Of a DNA stretch of 64,000 nucleotides, positions 43,937-52,762 are shown one piece after another. The stretch comes from an uncultured Planctomycetaceae bacterium (GTDB taxonomy: Bacteria > Planctomycetota > Planctomycetia > Pirellulales > PALSA-1355). The position numbers and the translations under genes were made by a program. The notes under the pieces were generated by a model. That model had not been told where the DNA came from, did not search any database, and saw only the letters and a list, made by a program, of their open reading frames with translations. The stretch spans positions 2,080,001-2,144,000 of the forward strand of contig CAWAUV010000007.1 of NCBI GenBank assembly GCA_963785305.1, in the 5' to 3' direction. Numbering within the stretch: position 1 is the stretch's first letter; each line of letters begins with the position of its first letter.

Positions 43937-44332
43937 CTACTCGGCCGCGGCCTGTTGAACAGCACCCATTAAGTCGTTCTGCTCCTCGATTCGCAACATG
44001 CGAATGTCCTTCACCGAGGGGGCGAACCATGCGAATGTTCGCGCGATATCCATGATCGCCAAGACGCACGTAACGGCGTTTGCCTTTTCGGGATCGCCGA
44101 AATAGACGCTCCCTTGCTGCCACTTGAAGTTGTGCTTGCTCGTCAATACTTTTCGGATGTCGCCAGAGGCATTGTTGTAGGAGTCGTTGCCATAGGCTTT
44201 TTTCAGCGTTTCGGTATCCAGATCGAACGCGACGGCGTACATCGTCGATTTTCCGTTGGGAGGAGCGAGCGGACCGGCCTTGGGGAACTGAACCGCTCCC
44301 TGACGTCGAGGTTCTTCCAGAATGGTTGTCAT
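43937..44332 (-). CDS. vapD: Virulence-associated protein D (Cas2-like nuclease fold)
   Basis: MYAVAFDLD...F.WQQGSVY...WFAPSVKDIRMLRIEE..DL; GGAG RBS. Confidence 0.88.
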   Translation of the reverse strand: MTTILEEPRRQGAVQFPKAGPLAPPNGKSTMYAVAFDLDTETLKKAYGNDSYNNASGDIRKVLTSKHNFKWQQGSVYFGDPEKANAVTCVLAIMDIARTFAWFAPSVKDIRMLRIEEQNDLMGAVQQAAAE

Positions 44333-44634
44333 GAGGAGTCTCCGTAACGGTTGTGTTAACTGTATATAGGGTATTCTCCTGGGAATTGCAATTCGCCGGT
44401 TGGGCGTCGTCCTCGTGCAAAAGCCCCGCCTGCACAAAACTCGGCCTTTTCGCCGTGATATCGTGCGGAGCCCGCCTCCCCGGGGCCAAGCGAGGGGGTG
44501 TTTGGCGCTGGGGGTAGTCCTGTTTCATGCCGCATTCCCAGCGGCTTTACGATTGTTATAATCGAAAATAGGCACTCTGCCCCCGTCCGTATTTCGCGAT
44601 CTTTCCGATCCATTTTCTTCCCCGAGGCGCCGTC

Positions 44635-44907
44635 ATGTCGCAGGCGATTGTCAATCCGGCCGATCTTCGCAAGTTCGCCAAAGCTCTCGATCGGTTCAGC
44701 AACGAACTGCAAACGCAAATGCTCATGCTCAAAGGCCAGCTCAATCACTTGGGCGAAAGCTGGCGCGACCAGGAGCACGAGAAATTCACCCAAGAGTTCG
44801 AGCAAACCCTGATCGCCACCAATCGCTTTCTCGAAGCCACGCGACTGCATGTGCCGTTTCTGATGCGCAAGGCCGATCGGGCCGAGGAATATCTCCGCCA
44901 GCGTTAA
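44635..44907 (+). CDS. WXG100-family protein (W-R-D variant)
   Basis: 90-aa helical hairpin; V.P.DLRKFA N-terminus; central SWRDQEHEKF; RBS GAGG. Confidence 0.85.
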   Translation: MSQAIVNPADLRKFAKALDRFSNELQTQMLMLKGQLNHLGESWRDQEHEKFTQEFEQTLIATNRFLEATRLHVPFLMRKADRAEEYLRQR

Positions 44908-45009
44908 ACGTCCTTGCGCGGGTCAGGTCGGGTTCGGCCATCGAGCGCCGTTCGTGGATGTCGTTGCGAGCCGTTGCTAGTCCTTGGCGATTAAGGGGAG
45001 ACGCGTCGA

Positions 45010-45750
45010 ATGAGTGGCGATGCGAATGTCGGATCGATCGAGGCGGTGCGCGATTTTCGCGCGGCGCTCAATACCTTTTTACATGAAGCCCGCGACGCGC
45101 TCGTGACCTACGACATGGAAGCCCGCCGCGCGCTCGAATGGCTGCTCGACACCGCGCCCAAGATGTGGCAGCAGGAGAGCCGCAAGTGCCAGGAGAAGAT
45201 CACGGAGCTCAACATCGCCTACCAAGCCTGCCGAGCCCAAAAGCTTCCGGGCGGCGGTCAGCCGGCATGCCTCGAAGAGAAAAAGCAGCTCGACAAGGCC
45301 AAGGCCCGCATGGTCTATATTCAAGACAAGATTCAAAAGACCAAGAAATGGGGCTTGGCCGCCGATCGACAAGCGATCGAATACAAAGGCCGCGCGACCC
45401 ACATGATCGGCGTGCTCGATGGCGATGTGCCGAATGCTCTCGCGCTCTTGGACCGGGTGCTGGTGTCGCTCGAGCAGTATGTGGCGTTTACGCATACGGG
45501 CTCGACCCAGGCTCTGGAAGCGTCGCGGGAAAGCGAGTCGATGGCCAACTCGCCGCCCGACGAGAAAGACGACGCCGCCAAGAAGCTAAGCGCCGCGGCG
45601 GCCGCGGCGGCTGAAACCGCCCAGGCCACCGCGAGTCTCGAAGCCGCTTTGCCTCTGGCGGGCGAGGCCGCCGAGGCCACGAGCGGGGACACCGAGGTCG
45701 TCGGCGGGACGGAGGACGAATCGCATCCCGCTAGTCAAGCCAAAAAATAG
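45010..45750 (+). CDS. Helical WXG100-like/coiled-coil protein with an acidic tail
   Basis: ANVGSIEAVRDFRAAL N-terminus; heptads; ends LDRVLVSLEQY followed by a low-complexity tail; RBS GGGGAG. Confidence 0.75.
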   Translation: MSGDANVGSIEAVRDFRAALNTFLHEARDALVTYDMEARRALEWLLDTAPKMWQQESRKCQEKITELNIAYQACRAQKLPGGGQPACLEEKKQLDKAKARMVYIQDKIQKTKKWGLAADRQAIEYKGRATHMIGVLDGDVPNALALLDRVLVSLEQYVAFTHTGSTQALEASRESESMANSPPDEKDDAAKKLSAAAAAAAETAQATASLEAALPLAGEAAEATSGDTEVVGGTEDESHPASQAKK

Positions 45751-45997
45751 CGGTTTGCGCGGCTTTCGGCCCGTGCAACTTTGGCCGGCGCAGCGCATAC
45801 TTGATGTTGGACTGCGGCGGCGGGCGGAAGCCCCGCCACGCCGCCGGAGAGCTCCGTGGCGGCTTGTCCCCGGGCGGCGTAACCGGGGGTCTCGCTTGCC
45901 GGCCGTTTGCGCCGAGTCGGGTCAAGTCGGCGCGGGCGCCGGATAAGCCCATCCCATCCCCCATTTTCCTGATCTCGGCCAAGGAGCCACTCCTCTC

Positions 45998-46222
45998 ATG
46001 CGAACCGGCGACCTGGGCAGCGGCTCGATCAAGCTGCGCAAAGCGTGGAAGAAGATGATCGAGCGCTGGGAAGACACGCGGCCTTACTGGAAAGACGCCG
46101 TGAGCCGCGATTTCGAGAAAAAGTATCTCATGGAATTCGAACCGCCGATGGTGGCCGTGTTTGAGCGGATGAAAACGCTCACCGGCCTTCTTGAAGCGGC
46201 GATCCATGATGTCGAGAAATAG
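45998..46222 (+). CDS. Small WXG100-like protein (W-K-D)
   Basis: 74-aa helical protein with central YWKDAVSRDFE; RBS AAGGAG. Confidence 0.75.
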   Translation: MRTGDLGSGSIKLRKAWKKMIERWEDTRPYWKDAVSRDFEKKYLMEFEPPMVAVFERMKTLTGLLEAAIHDVEK

Positions 46223-46236
46223 AGGCGCCCCCCACC

Positions 46237-49200
46237 ATGAGCATCGAAGCCGAACCCCAGGCGATTATTCCGCCCCCGCCCGTCGCGGTCGAAGACACGA
46301 ATTCCGAAGCGCGCCGCGAGGTGCGGTTTCTCGAGATGCTTTCGACCAGCTCCGCCAAGCGAGCCCAGGAAGAAGCCGAAATCGAGGCCCGCTATGTGAC
46401 CGTGCGCAAAGCGGCCACCGCCCTGGAGCAAGAATCGCTCGCGACGCTCAAAACCTGGCTGGCGACCGCCGAGCAGAAGATCGCCGCCGACCACGCCGAA
46501 GCATTGCGCCAAGCCGAGGCCAAATACACGAAAGACGGCGCCGGCGCCGAGCACCAACTCACGGAGTTTCGCCTCAAGCTCGACGAAAAATTCGAGCCCG
46601 CTCGTCAGCAATCGGCCGCCAAGCGAGACGAGCTCCATCGGCAGGCCGAAGCCCAGTTCGACGCGCGGAAGAGAATCGCTCCCAAGCAGCTCGCCGACTT
46701 CGAGCAACAGCTCGAAGCTTGGAAGACGCGCATGCGCGAAGATCGCGACGCGGCCCAAAAGCTGCTCGCCAAGTGGCGGCTCACGTCGTTTGGCGCCAGC
46801 CGAATCAAAAAAGCCGAAGCCGGCCAAATGACCGGCGACCTTTCGGCGCTCCTGCAAGACCGGCTCAATATCGTGGGCGAGTCGATCGAAGGGCTCAAGG
46901 GACTGCATTCGCCCACGCTCGCGGGAAGTTGGCTGTTCAAATTGTTCTGGCCGCTCCTGGCTGCCGGGCTCGGCGCCGGCGCTTGGTATATGAAGCTCGA
47001 GCTGGTAATGGTCGCCGCCGGCCCCGCGATCGCCCTGGTGCTCGGGCTCGGGACCATCTTGCTCGTGCGGCAGTCGGCCCGCTCGAATGTGGGCGAGCTT
47101 TATCCCAAGCTGTGCCAAGCCGCGGCCGAAGCCGAGACGTTGATCGCCCAGTCGCTCAGCGAGGCCCGCAAACGCACCGCCGCCACGCAGACCAAACTCG
47201 GCGAAGTGCGGGAGCGAGCCCAACAACTGGCCGACAAGCAGCACGAAGCACGCTTGGCCGAGATCGAAAACCAGCTCGTGGCCCGGCTCAAGGGGCCCGC
47301 GGACACCATTGCCCAAAAGAAAAAGGAATACGCCGCTCGCCGCGACGAGAAGCTGGCCGCGGCCGAAAAGCTCCGCAAGAGTCGCTTGGCCGAGTTTGCC
47401 CATCGCAAGGCGACCGGCGCCACCGAGATCGAAGAGCTCTTCGCCCGGCAACTGCGCGAGGCCGACGAACGTCGCGCGACCGAGATCGCCGCGCTCGTGG
47501 CCTGGTGGCGTGAGAGCTTGGAAGCGGTCAAGAACGTGGCCCACGAGATTCAAGGGCGCCATTTCGAGGGCGCTTGCCATCAATGGCTTTCCGATTGGAA
47601 GCAAGTGGCCGGCGGCAAGTGGGCGCCCGCCAGCGTGATTCCCACCGCGGTGCGCTTCGGCGAGTTTCGCGTCGAGCAGAAGCAGATTCCCCAGGGCGTG
47701 CCCCGGCTCGCGGAGTTGGCCGAAATCACGCCGGGCGAGTGGACCCTGCCGGCGCTCGCGCCGTTTCCGGAGTGCCCCTCGCTGCTCTTCAAGGCCAAGA
47801 GCGACGGACGGCGGGTGGCGATCGAGGCGATGCAGGCCTTCATGACCCGGCTGCTGGTCGTGGTTCCGCCGGGCAAGCTCCGGTTCACGATCATCGACCC
47901 GGTCGGGCTGGGCGAGAACTTCGCCAGCATCATGCACTTGGCCGACTTCAACGAAGCGTTTGTCACGAACCGCATCTGGACCGAGACCCCGCATATCGAA
48001 CAGCGGCTCGCCGATCTTTCGGAACACATGGAAAACGTGATCCAAAAGTATCTGCGCAACGAGTATGTGAACATCGACGATTACAACCGCGAGGCGGGCG
48101 AGATCGCCGAGCCTTACCGGTTTCTGGTCGTGGCCAATTTTCCCGCCAACTTCAGCGACGCCGCTCAAAAGCGGCTGCTCTCGATCGCGGCCAGCGGTTC
48201 GCGCTGCGGGGTGTACACCCTGATCATGATGGACACCCAGGGCGCCGCGATCACCGGGTTCAACATCCGCGACCTCGAGCAATATAGCAATGTGCTAAGC
48301 TGGAAGGACAAACGCTTCGTCTGGAAGAGCGAACACTTTTCCGACTATGCCCTCACGGTCGACATGCCGCCCGAGCCGAGCGAAGTGACCGAGATCGTGA
48401 CCGTGGCCGGCAAGCAGGCCAATGCGGCGGGCAAGGTCGAGCTGCCGTTCAAAGTCATCGCGCCGAAGGACGAAGGCATCTGGACGGAATCGTGCGGCTC
48501 GATTCTCGATGTGCCGCTCGGCCGCGCCGGCGCCACGCGACATCAAAGCCTGAAGCTCGGCCGCGGCACTTCGCAGCATGTGGTCATCGCTGGCAAGACC
48601 GGTTCAGGTAAGTCGACGCTGCTCCATATTCTCATCACCAACGCCGCCCTGCGCTACAGTCCCGAGGAGCTCCAGCTCTATCTGATCGACTTCAAACAGG
48701 GCGTCGAATTCAAGACATACGTGACCTATCAGTTGCCGCATGCGCGGGTCGTGGCCGTGGAGTCCGATCGCGAGTTCGGCGTGAGCGTGCTCGGCCGTCT
48801 GATCAAGGAAATCGAAGTTCGTTCGGCCCGTTATCGGCAATTCGGCGTGCAGGACTTGGCCGGCTACCGCAAGGCCGATCCAGGCAACCCCATGCCGCGC
48901 ACGCTGCTAATCATCGACGAATTCCAGGAATTCTTCACGGAAGACGACCGAGTGGCCCAGGAAGCGGCGCTCTCGCTCGACCGGCTCGTGCGTCTGGGTC
49001 GCGCGTTCGGCATCCATGTGCTGCTCGGCTCGCAGACTCTGGCCTCGGCCGGCGTGGGCCGCAGCACCCTGAGCCAGATGGCGGTCCGCATCGCGCTGCA
49101 GTGCAGCGAGGCCGACTCGCAGCTCATTTTGAGCGAGGACAATTCGGCCGCCCGACTGCTCTCGCGACCGGGCGAAGCGATCTACAACGACTCGAACGGC

Positions 49201-50508
49201 ATGGTCGAAGGCAACCATCCGTTTCAGATCGTGTGGCTCACGGACGAGGCTCGCGACGAATACCTGGGCAAGGTGCGAAACTTGGCCGTGAAGCGAAACC
49301 TCGACAAGCTGCCCTGCTTGGTGTTCGAAGGCAACCTGCCGGCCGATTTCGATGGCAACAAGCCGCTCGCGAGCCGCTTGGCCGCCGGTCGGCCCGAGAC
49401 TCAGCCCCACGAAGGCATTGTTTGGTTGGGCGACGCCGTGGCGATCAAGGATCCGACCCAGATCGTCTTCCGGCCCCAGAGCGGCGCCAATGTGCTTTTG
49501 ATCGGCCAGAACGAAGACGCGGTGATGGGTGTGATGCTCAGCGCGCTCGTGAGCCTCGCCGCCCAGTTTCCAGCGACCGACGAATCCGGGCCAATGTTCT
49601 GCATTCTCGACGGCGCGGCCACCGGCACCGCGCAATCGGAGCAGCTTGCTCGCCTCCCGGAACTGGTCAACGATCCGGTTTGCCTCGGCCAGCGGCGGCA
49701 ACTCAGGGGACTCCTTCAGCAGATTTACACGGAAGTCGATCGCCGCCGAGCCTCGAACCTCGCCGAGCATCCGCCGATCTTTCTCATGATCTACGGCGTG
49801 CAAAAGCTCCGCGAATTGTGGAAGCCCGAAGACGACTACGGCTTCTCGAAGCCGGGCGGGCCGGTGACCGATCCCGGCAAGCAGTTCGCCTCGATCTTGC
49901 GCGATGGGCCCCCGCAGGGCGTGTACACGATCGCCTGGATCGATAGCGTGAACAATCTCAACCGCGCTTGGGAGCGTCAGACACTTCGCGAGTTCGAAAT
50001 GCGGATCGTGTTCCAAATGAGCGCCAACGATTCGAGCACGATCATCGACTCGCCCGCCGCCGGCAAGCTCGGCCAATTTCGGGCGTTGTTCCACAGCGAA
50101 GAGACCGCCACGCAAGAAAAATTCCGGCCCTATCGCTGGCCCAGCGACGACTGGCTCGAGTCGGTGCGCGAGCGATTGGGAGGCCCCTCGCGGCGCACGA
50201 CCTCGCTCCTGGCCCATGGCCCCGGGGCCGAGGGCCCAACCGATCAAGCCCCGGAAAGCGCGGGCGGCAAATCGCCCGAGGATTTCGATATCGATCTCAA
50301 GAGCGGCTTCTCGAATGCAAACGGCGATGGCGGCGCGAGCGACGACGGCTCGGGCGGCGCGGGCGGCGAGAGCGGCGAGAGCGGCGCGGGCAGCTTTTCA
50401 GATTCGGCGGGCTTTTCAGATTCGGGCTTTGGCTTTACAACCAAGTGGGGCGACTACGGCGACGATGACGACGCCAAACAAAAACCGGCCGCCGATCCAG
50501 ACGCGTGA
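46237..50508 (+). CDS. EssC/EccC-like FtsK/SpoIIIE ATPase: coiled coil, 2 TM, three ATPase-like domains
   Basis: GKTGSGKS (48592-48615), LIDFK, IIDEFQ, GRAFGIH in the middle domain; flanking domains degenerate. Confidence 0.9.
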   Translation: MSIEAEPQAIIPPPPVAVEDTNSEARREVRFLEMLSTSSAKRAQEEAEIEARYVTVRKAATALEQESLATLKTWLATAEQKIAADHAEALRQAEAKYTKDGAGAEHQLTEFRLKLDEKFEPARQQSAAKRDELHRQAEAQFDARKRIAPKQLADFEQQLEAWKTRMREDRDAAQKLLAKWRLTSFGASRIKKAEAGQMTGDLSALLQDRLNIVGESIEGLKGLHSPTLAGSWLFKLFWPLLAAGLGAGAWYMKLELVMVAAGPAIALVLGLGTILLVRQSARSNVGELYPKLCQAAAEAETLIAQSLSEARKRTAATQTKLGEVRERAQQLADKQHEARLAEIENQLVARLKGPADTIAQKKKEYAARRDEKLAAAEKLRKSRLAEFAHRKATGATEIEELFARQLREADERRATEIAALVAWWRESLEAVKNVAHEIQGRHFEGACHQWLSDWKQVAGGKWAPASVIPTAVRFGEFRVEQKQIPQGVPRLAELAEITPGEWTLPALAPFPECPSLLFKAKSDGRRVAIEAMQAFMTRLLVVVPPGKLRFTIIDPVGLGENFASIMHLADFNEAFVTNRIWTETPHIEQRLADLSEHMENVIQKYLRNEYVNIDDYNREAGEIAEPYRFLVVANFPANFSDAAQKRLLSIAASGSRCGVYTLIMMDTQGAAITGFNIRDLEQYSNVLSWKDKRFVWKSEHFSDYALTVDMPPEPSEVTEIVTVAGKQANAAGKVELPFKVIAPKDEGIWTESCGSILDVPLGRAGATRHQSLKLGRGTSQHVVIAGKTGSGKSTLLHILITNAALRYSPEELQLYLIDFKQGVEFKTYVTYQLPHARVVAVESDREFGVSVLGRLIKEIEVRSARYRQFGVQDLAGYRKADPGNPMPRTLLIIDEFQEFFTEDDRVAQEAALSLDRLVRLGRAFGIHVLLGSQTLASAGVGRSTLSQMAVRIALQCSEADSQLILSEDNSAARLLSRPGEAIYNDSNGMVEGNHPFQIVWLTDEARDEYLGKVRNLAVKRNLDKLPCLVFEGNLPADFDGNKPLASRLAAGRPETQPHEGIVWLGDAVAIKDPTQIVFRPQSGANVLLIGQNEDAVMGVMLSALVSLAAQFPATDESGPMFCILDGAATGTAQSEQLARLPELVNDPVCLGQRRQLRGLLQQIYTEVDRRRASNLAEHPPIFLMIYGVQKLRELWKPEDDYGFSKPGGPVTDPGKQFASILRDGPPQGVYTIAWIDSVNNLNRAWERQTLREFEMRIVFQMSANDSSTIIDSPAAGKLGQFRALFHSEETATQEKFRPYRWPSDDWLESVRERLGGPSRRTTSLLAHGPGAEGPTDQAPESAGGKSPEDFDIDLKSGFSNANGDGGASDDGSGGAGGESGESGAGSFSDSAGFSDSGFGFTTKWGDYGDDDDAKQKPAADPDA

Positions 50509-50583
50509 GATGCTTAAGGCCCCGCCGCCGCGAATGGTTTTCGCGGCCCGCCCGCTCGATTCGCGACTTCCGAGAGATTCTCC

Positions 50584-51336
50584 GTGCTGCTTGCCGAACC
50601 TCCTCGCACCGCTTACGACCTGCACTTCAACCTGCTCGGCGTGCCGGTTCGCGTGCATCCCTGGTTTTGGCTGATCTCGCTGTTCATGGGCATGGGCCCC
50701 GGGGCCGAAAGCGAGCCGGCGTTCGTCGCGCTCTGGGTCGCCGCCAGTTTCGTTTCGGTCTTGATCCATGAAATGGGCCACGCGCTGGTGATTCGATACT
50801 TCGGCGCCCGGCCCTGGATCACGCTCTACGGCATGGGCGGCCTGGCTTCGAGCAATGAAAGCCGCCGAGCGCCGCGCAATCAGATTCTCGTCTCGCTGGC
50901 CGGACCGTTCGCGGGATTCGCCTTTTTCGGCCTGGTGCTCGCGCTCATCGCCGCGACCGGGCACCGCGTGAAGTTCGACCCAGGCTCGCTGCCCTATTTG
51001 CCGGTGCGTTTCGGCACGTTCGACAATGTTCGCATGTGGCAATTGTGCTGGATTCTCGCGATCCAGAATTTCTATTTCAATCTACTCAACCTGCTGCCGA
51101 TTTTTCCGCTCGATGGCGGGCAGGTGTCGCGCGAGCTCTTTCAAATGGCCGACTACGCGGGCGGCTTGCGGCGCTCGCTGTTGGTGTCGTTTGGCGTGGC
51201 GGCCGCGGTGGCCGTGTATTCGCTCGCCAAGTCGCAGAGCCTGTTCATGACTATGTTCTTCGGCTTTCTGGCCTATGAAAGCTACCAAGCGCTCCAGCGC
51301 TTCTCACCCGGCCGTGGCAGGGGAGGCGGCTGGTGA
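50584..51336 (+). CDS. Site-2 protease (peptidase M50)
   Basis: HEMGH, AGP, NLLPIFPLDGG; TM helices. Confidence 0.9.
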   Translation: MLLAEPPRTAYDLHFNLLGVPVRVHPWFWLISLFMGMGPGAESEPAFVALWVAASFVSVLIHEMGHALVIRYFGARPWITLYGMGGLASSNESRRAPRNQILVSLAGPFAGFAFFGLVLALIAATGHRVKFDPGSLPYLPVRFGTFDNVRMWQLCWILAIQNFYFNLLNLLPIFPLDGGQVSRELFQMADYAGGLRRSLLVSFGVAAAVAVYSLAKSQSLFMTMFFGFLAYESYQALQRFSPGRGRGGGW

Positions 51337-52154
51337 CGGAGCACGCGGCCGCGGCCGATGCCCGCGACCAACGCACGGACCGGCCGCGATGGGTGCTGCT
51401 CGGCGCGAGCAATGTGGCCCGCTCGTGGCCCGGGCTCGTCGCGCTCTGCGAAGCGAGGTCCAGCGAGCCGCCCGAGATATTGGCGGCGCTCGGTCGCGGC
51501 CGATCCTATGGCGCGGAGCATTCGTTTCTCGGCCGGCAAATGGCCGGCATCGTCGACTCCGGGCTCTGGAGCGCGCTGGCCGCGGGCGGCGATCGCCCGA
51601 CGCGGGCCTTGGTGACCGATATCGGCAACGACCTCGTGTATGGTCACTCGCCCGAGCGGATCGCCGGCTGGGTGGCGACATGTCTCGAGCGATTGGCGGC
51701 CGCGCGGGCCGAGATTTTGATGACCCGATTGCCGATGGCAAGCATTCGCACGATCTCGCCGCGGCGGTTCGCGTTTTTTCGCCGGTTGTTCTTTCCGGCG
51801 GCGCGAGTCGATTTGAAGTCGGTGCTCGATTCGGCCGAGGAGCTCGACGCACGGCTTGCCGCGCTCGCGCCGCGACTTGGAGCGAGCGCCCTCGAGCACG
51901 AGGCCGATTGGTATGGTTTCGACCCGATTCACATTCGCCGCGCGCGATGCCACGCGGCATGGAGCGCGATGCTCGATTGCTTGCCGGCTGACTCGCGGCG
52001 CGACCGAGCAGTGCAATCCGCGCGGCTGAGCGCTCGTGATCGCTACCGGTTGCTCACGATGCGCCCGGCGATGTATCGGCGCTTCGGGCGCGAGGCGCGC
52101 ATGGCGCAGCCGGCGTGCGTGTTGGCGAGCGGCGCGGTGGTTTCGTTTTATTGA
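51333..52154 (+). CDS. SGNH/GDSL-like hydrolase
   Basis: LLGASN, DIGND, DPIH blocks; overlaps the M50 stop. Confidence 0.65.
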   Translation: MTEHAAAADARDQRTDRPRWVLLGASNVARSWPGLVALCEARSSEPPEILAALGRGRSYGAEHSFLGRQMAGIVDSGLWSALAAGGDRPTRALVTDIGNDLVYGHSPERIAGWVATCLERLAAARAEILMTRLPMASIRTISPRRFAFFRRLFFPAARVDLKSVLDSAEELDARLAALAPRLGASALEHEADWYGFDPIHIRRARCHAAWSAMLDCLPADSRRDRAVQSARLSARDRYRLLTMRPAMYRRFGREARMAQPACVLASGAVVSFY

Positions 52155-52502
52155 AAGCGCGGCGCGCTTGGTCGCGCGCTCGAAGCGATCGTGATCGCGA
52201 GCAAGGGCGTGGGGTGGAGAACTTGTTTGGAAAAACGGCGCCCAATTAAAAAACTTTGTTGAAAACCTGTTGCATTAAATCACGGAACGGGTACAAATAC
52301 CGATCAGACATCTTTCCCTGAACGAGTTTAGGAGCTTGCAAGCCGGGCGAGGGAATAGTGGCAACGCTCGTGCCCCGAAAGCCGGCTCGCAAGAATTCAG
52401 GAGGGAGTGTTGGTGGTTCAGGGTGGGACTTCGCTCGGCAGCGCGTCTTTGGAAGACGCCGAGTATGGAGCTCACCGGGAAAATTTTTTAGGAGGACGGA
52501 CT

Positions 52503-52577
52503 GTGGCCAAGAAGAAAGCTTCGAAGAAAGCCGCTCCCAAGACCAAGAAGTCGAAGAAGAGCAAGAAGGCGAAGTAA
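52503..52577 (+). CDS. 24-aa lysine-rich histone-H1-like microprotein (MAKKKASKKAAPKTKKSKKSKKAK)
   Basis: AGGAGG at 52490-52495, 7 nt before GTG; TAA at 52575-52577; terminator downstream. Confidence 0.75.
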   Translation: MAKKKASKKAAPKTKKSKKSKKAK

Positions 52578-52641
52578 CTCGCCCGTACGCGCGCCTTTCC
52601 TTTAGAAAGCAGAGCACGCTCTCGCGACGAACCGACGAGAA

Positions 52642-52682
52642 AGAGCCGTCCAAAACCCATTTTTGGACGGCTCTAATTTTTT
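52642..52682 (+). terminator. Intrinsic terminator
   Basis: Perfect 14-bp stem AGAGCCGTCCAAAA / TTTTGGACGGCTCT followed by AATTTTTT. Confidence 0.8.
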
Positions 52683-52762
52683 GCGCTGGTTGCTTGCCCC
52701 GCGCCGCTCTCGGCCCGCGGCGCCCCTTCTCCCCGCTCTCGTCCGGCCCAGTGCTTTTGAGC

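Noticed and set aside
43937..44332. CRISPR-Cas locus suggested by the Cas2-like fold
   Set aside because: The sequence is VapD-type; no other cas genes or repeat-spacer array were seen.
45790..45930. Structured ncRNA or riboswitch within the WXG100 operon
   Set aside because: Only generic GC-rich hairpins; no family motif recognised.
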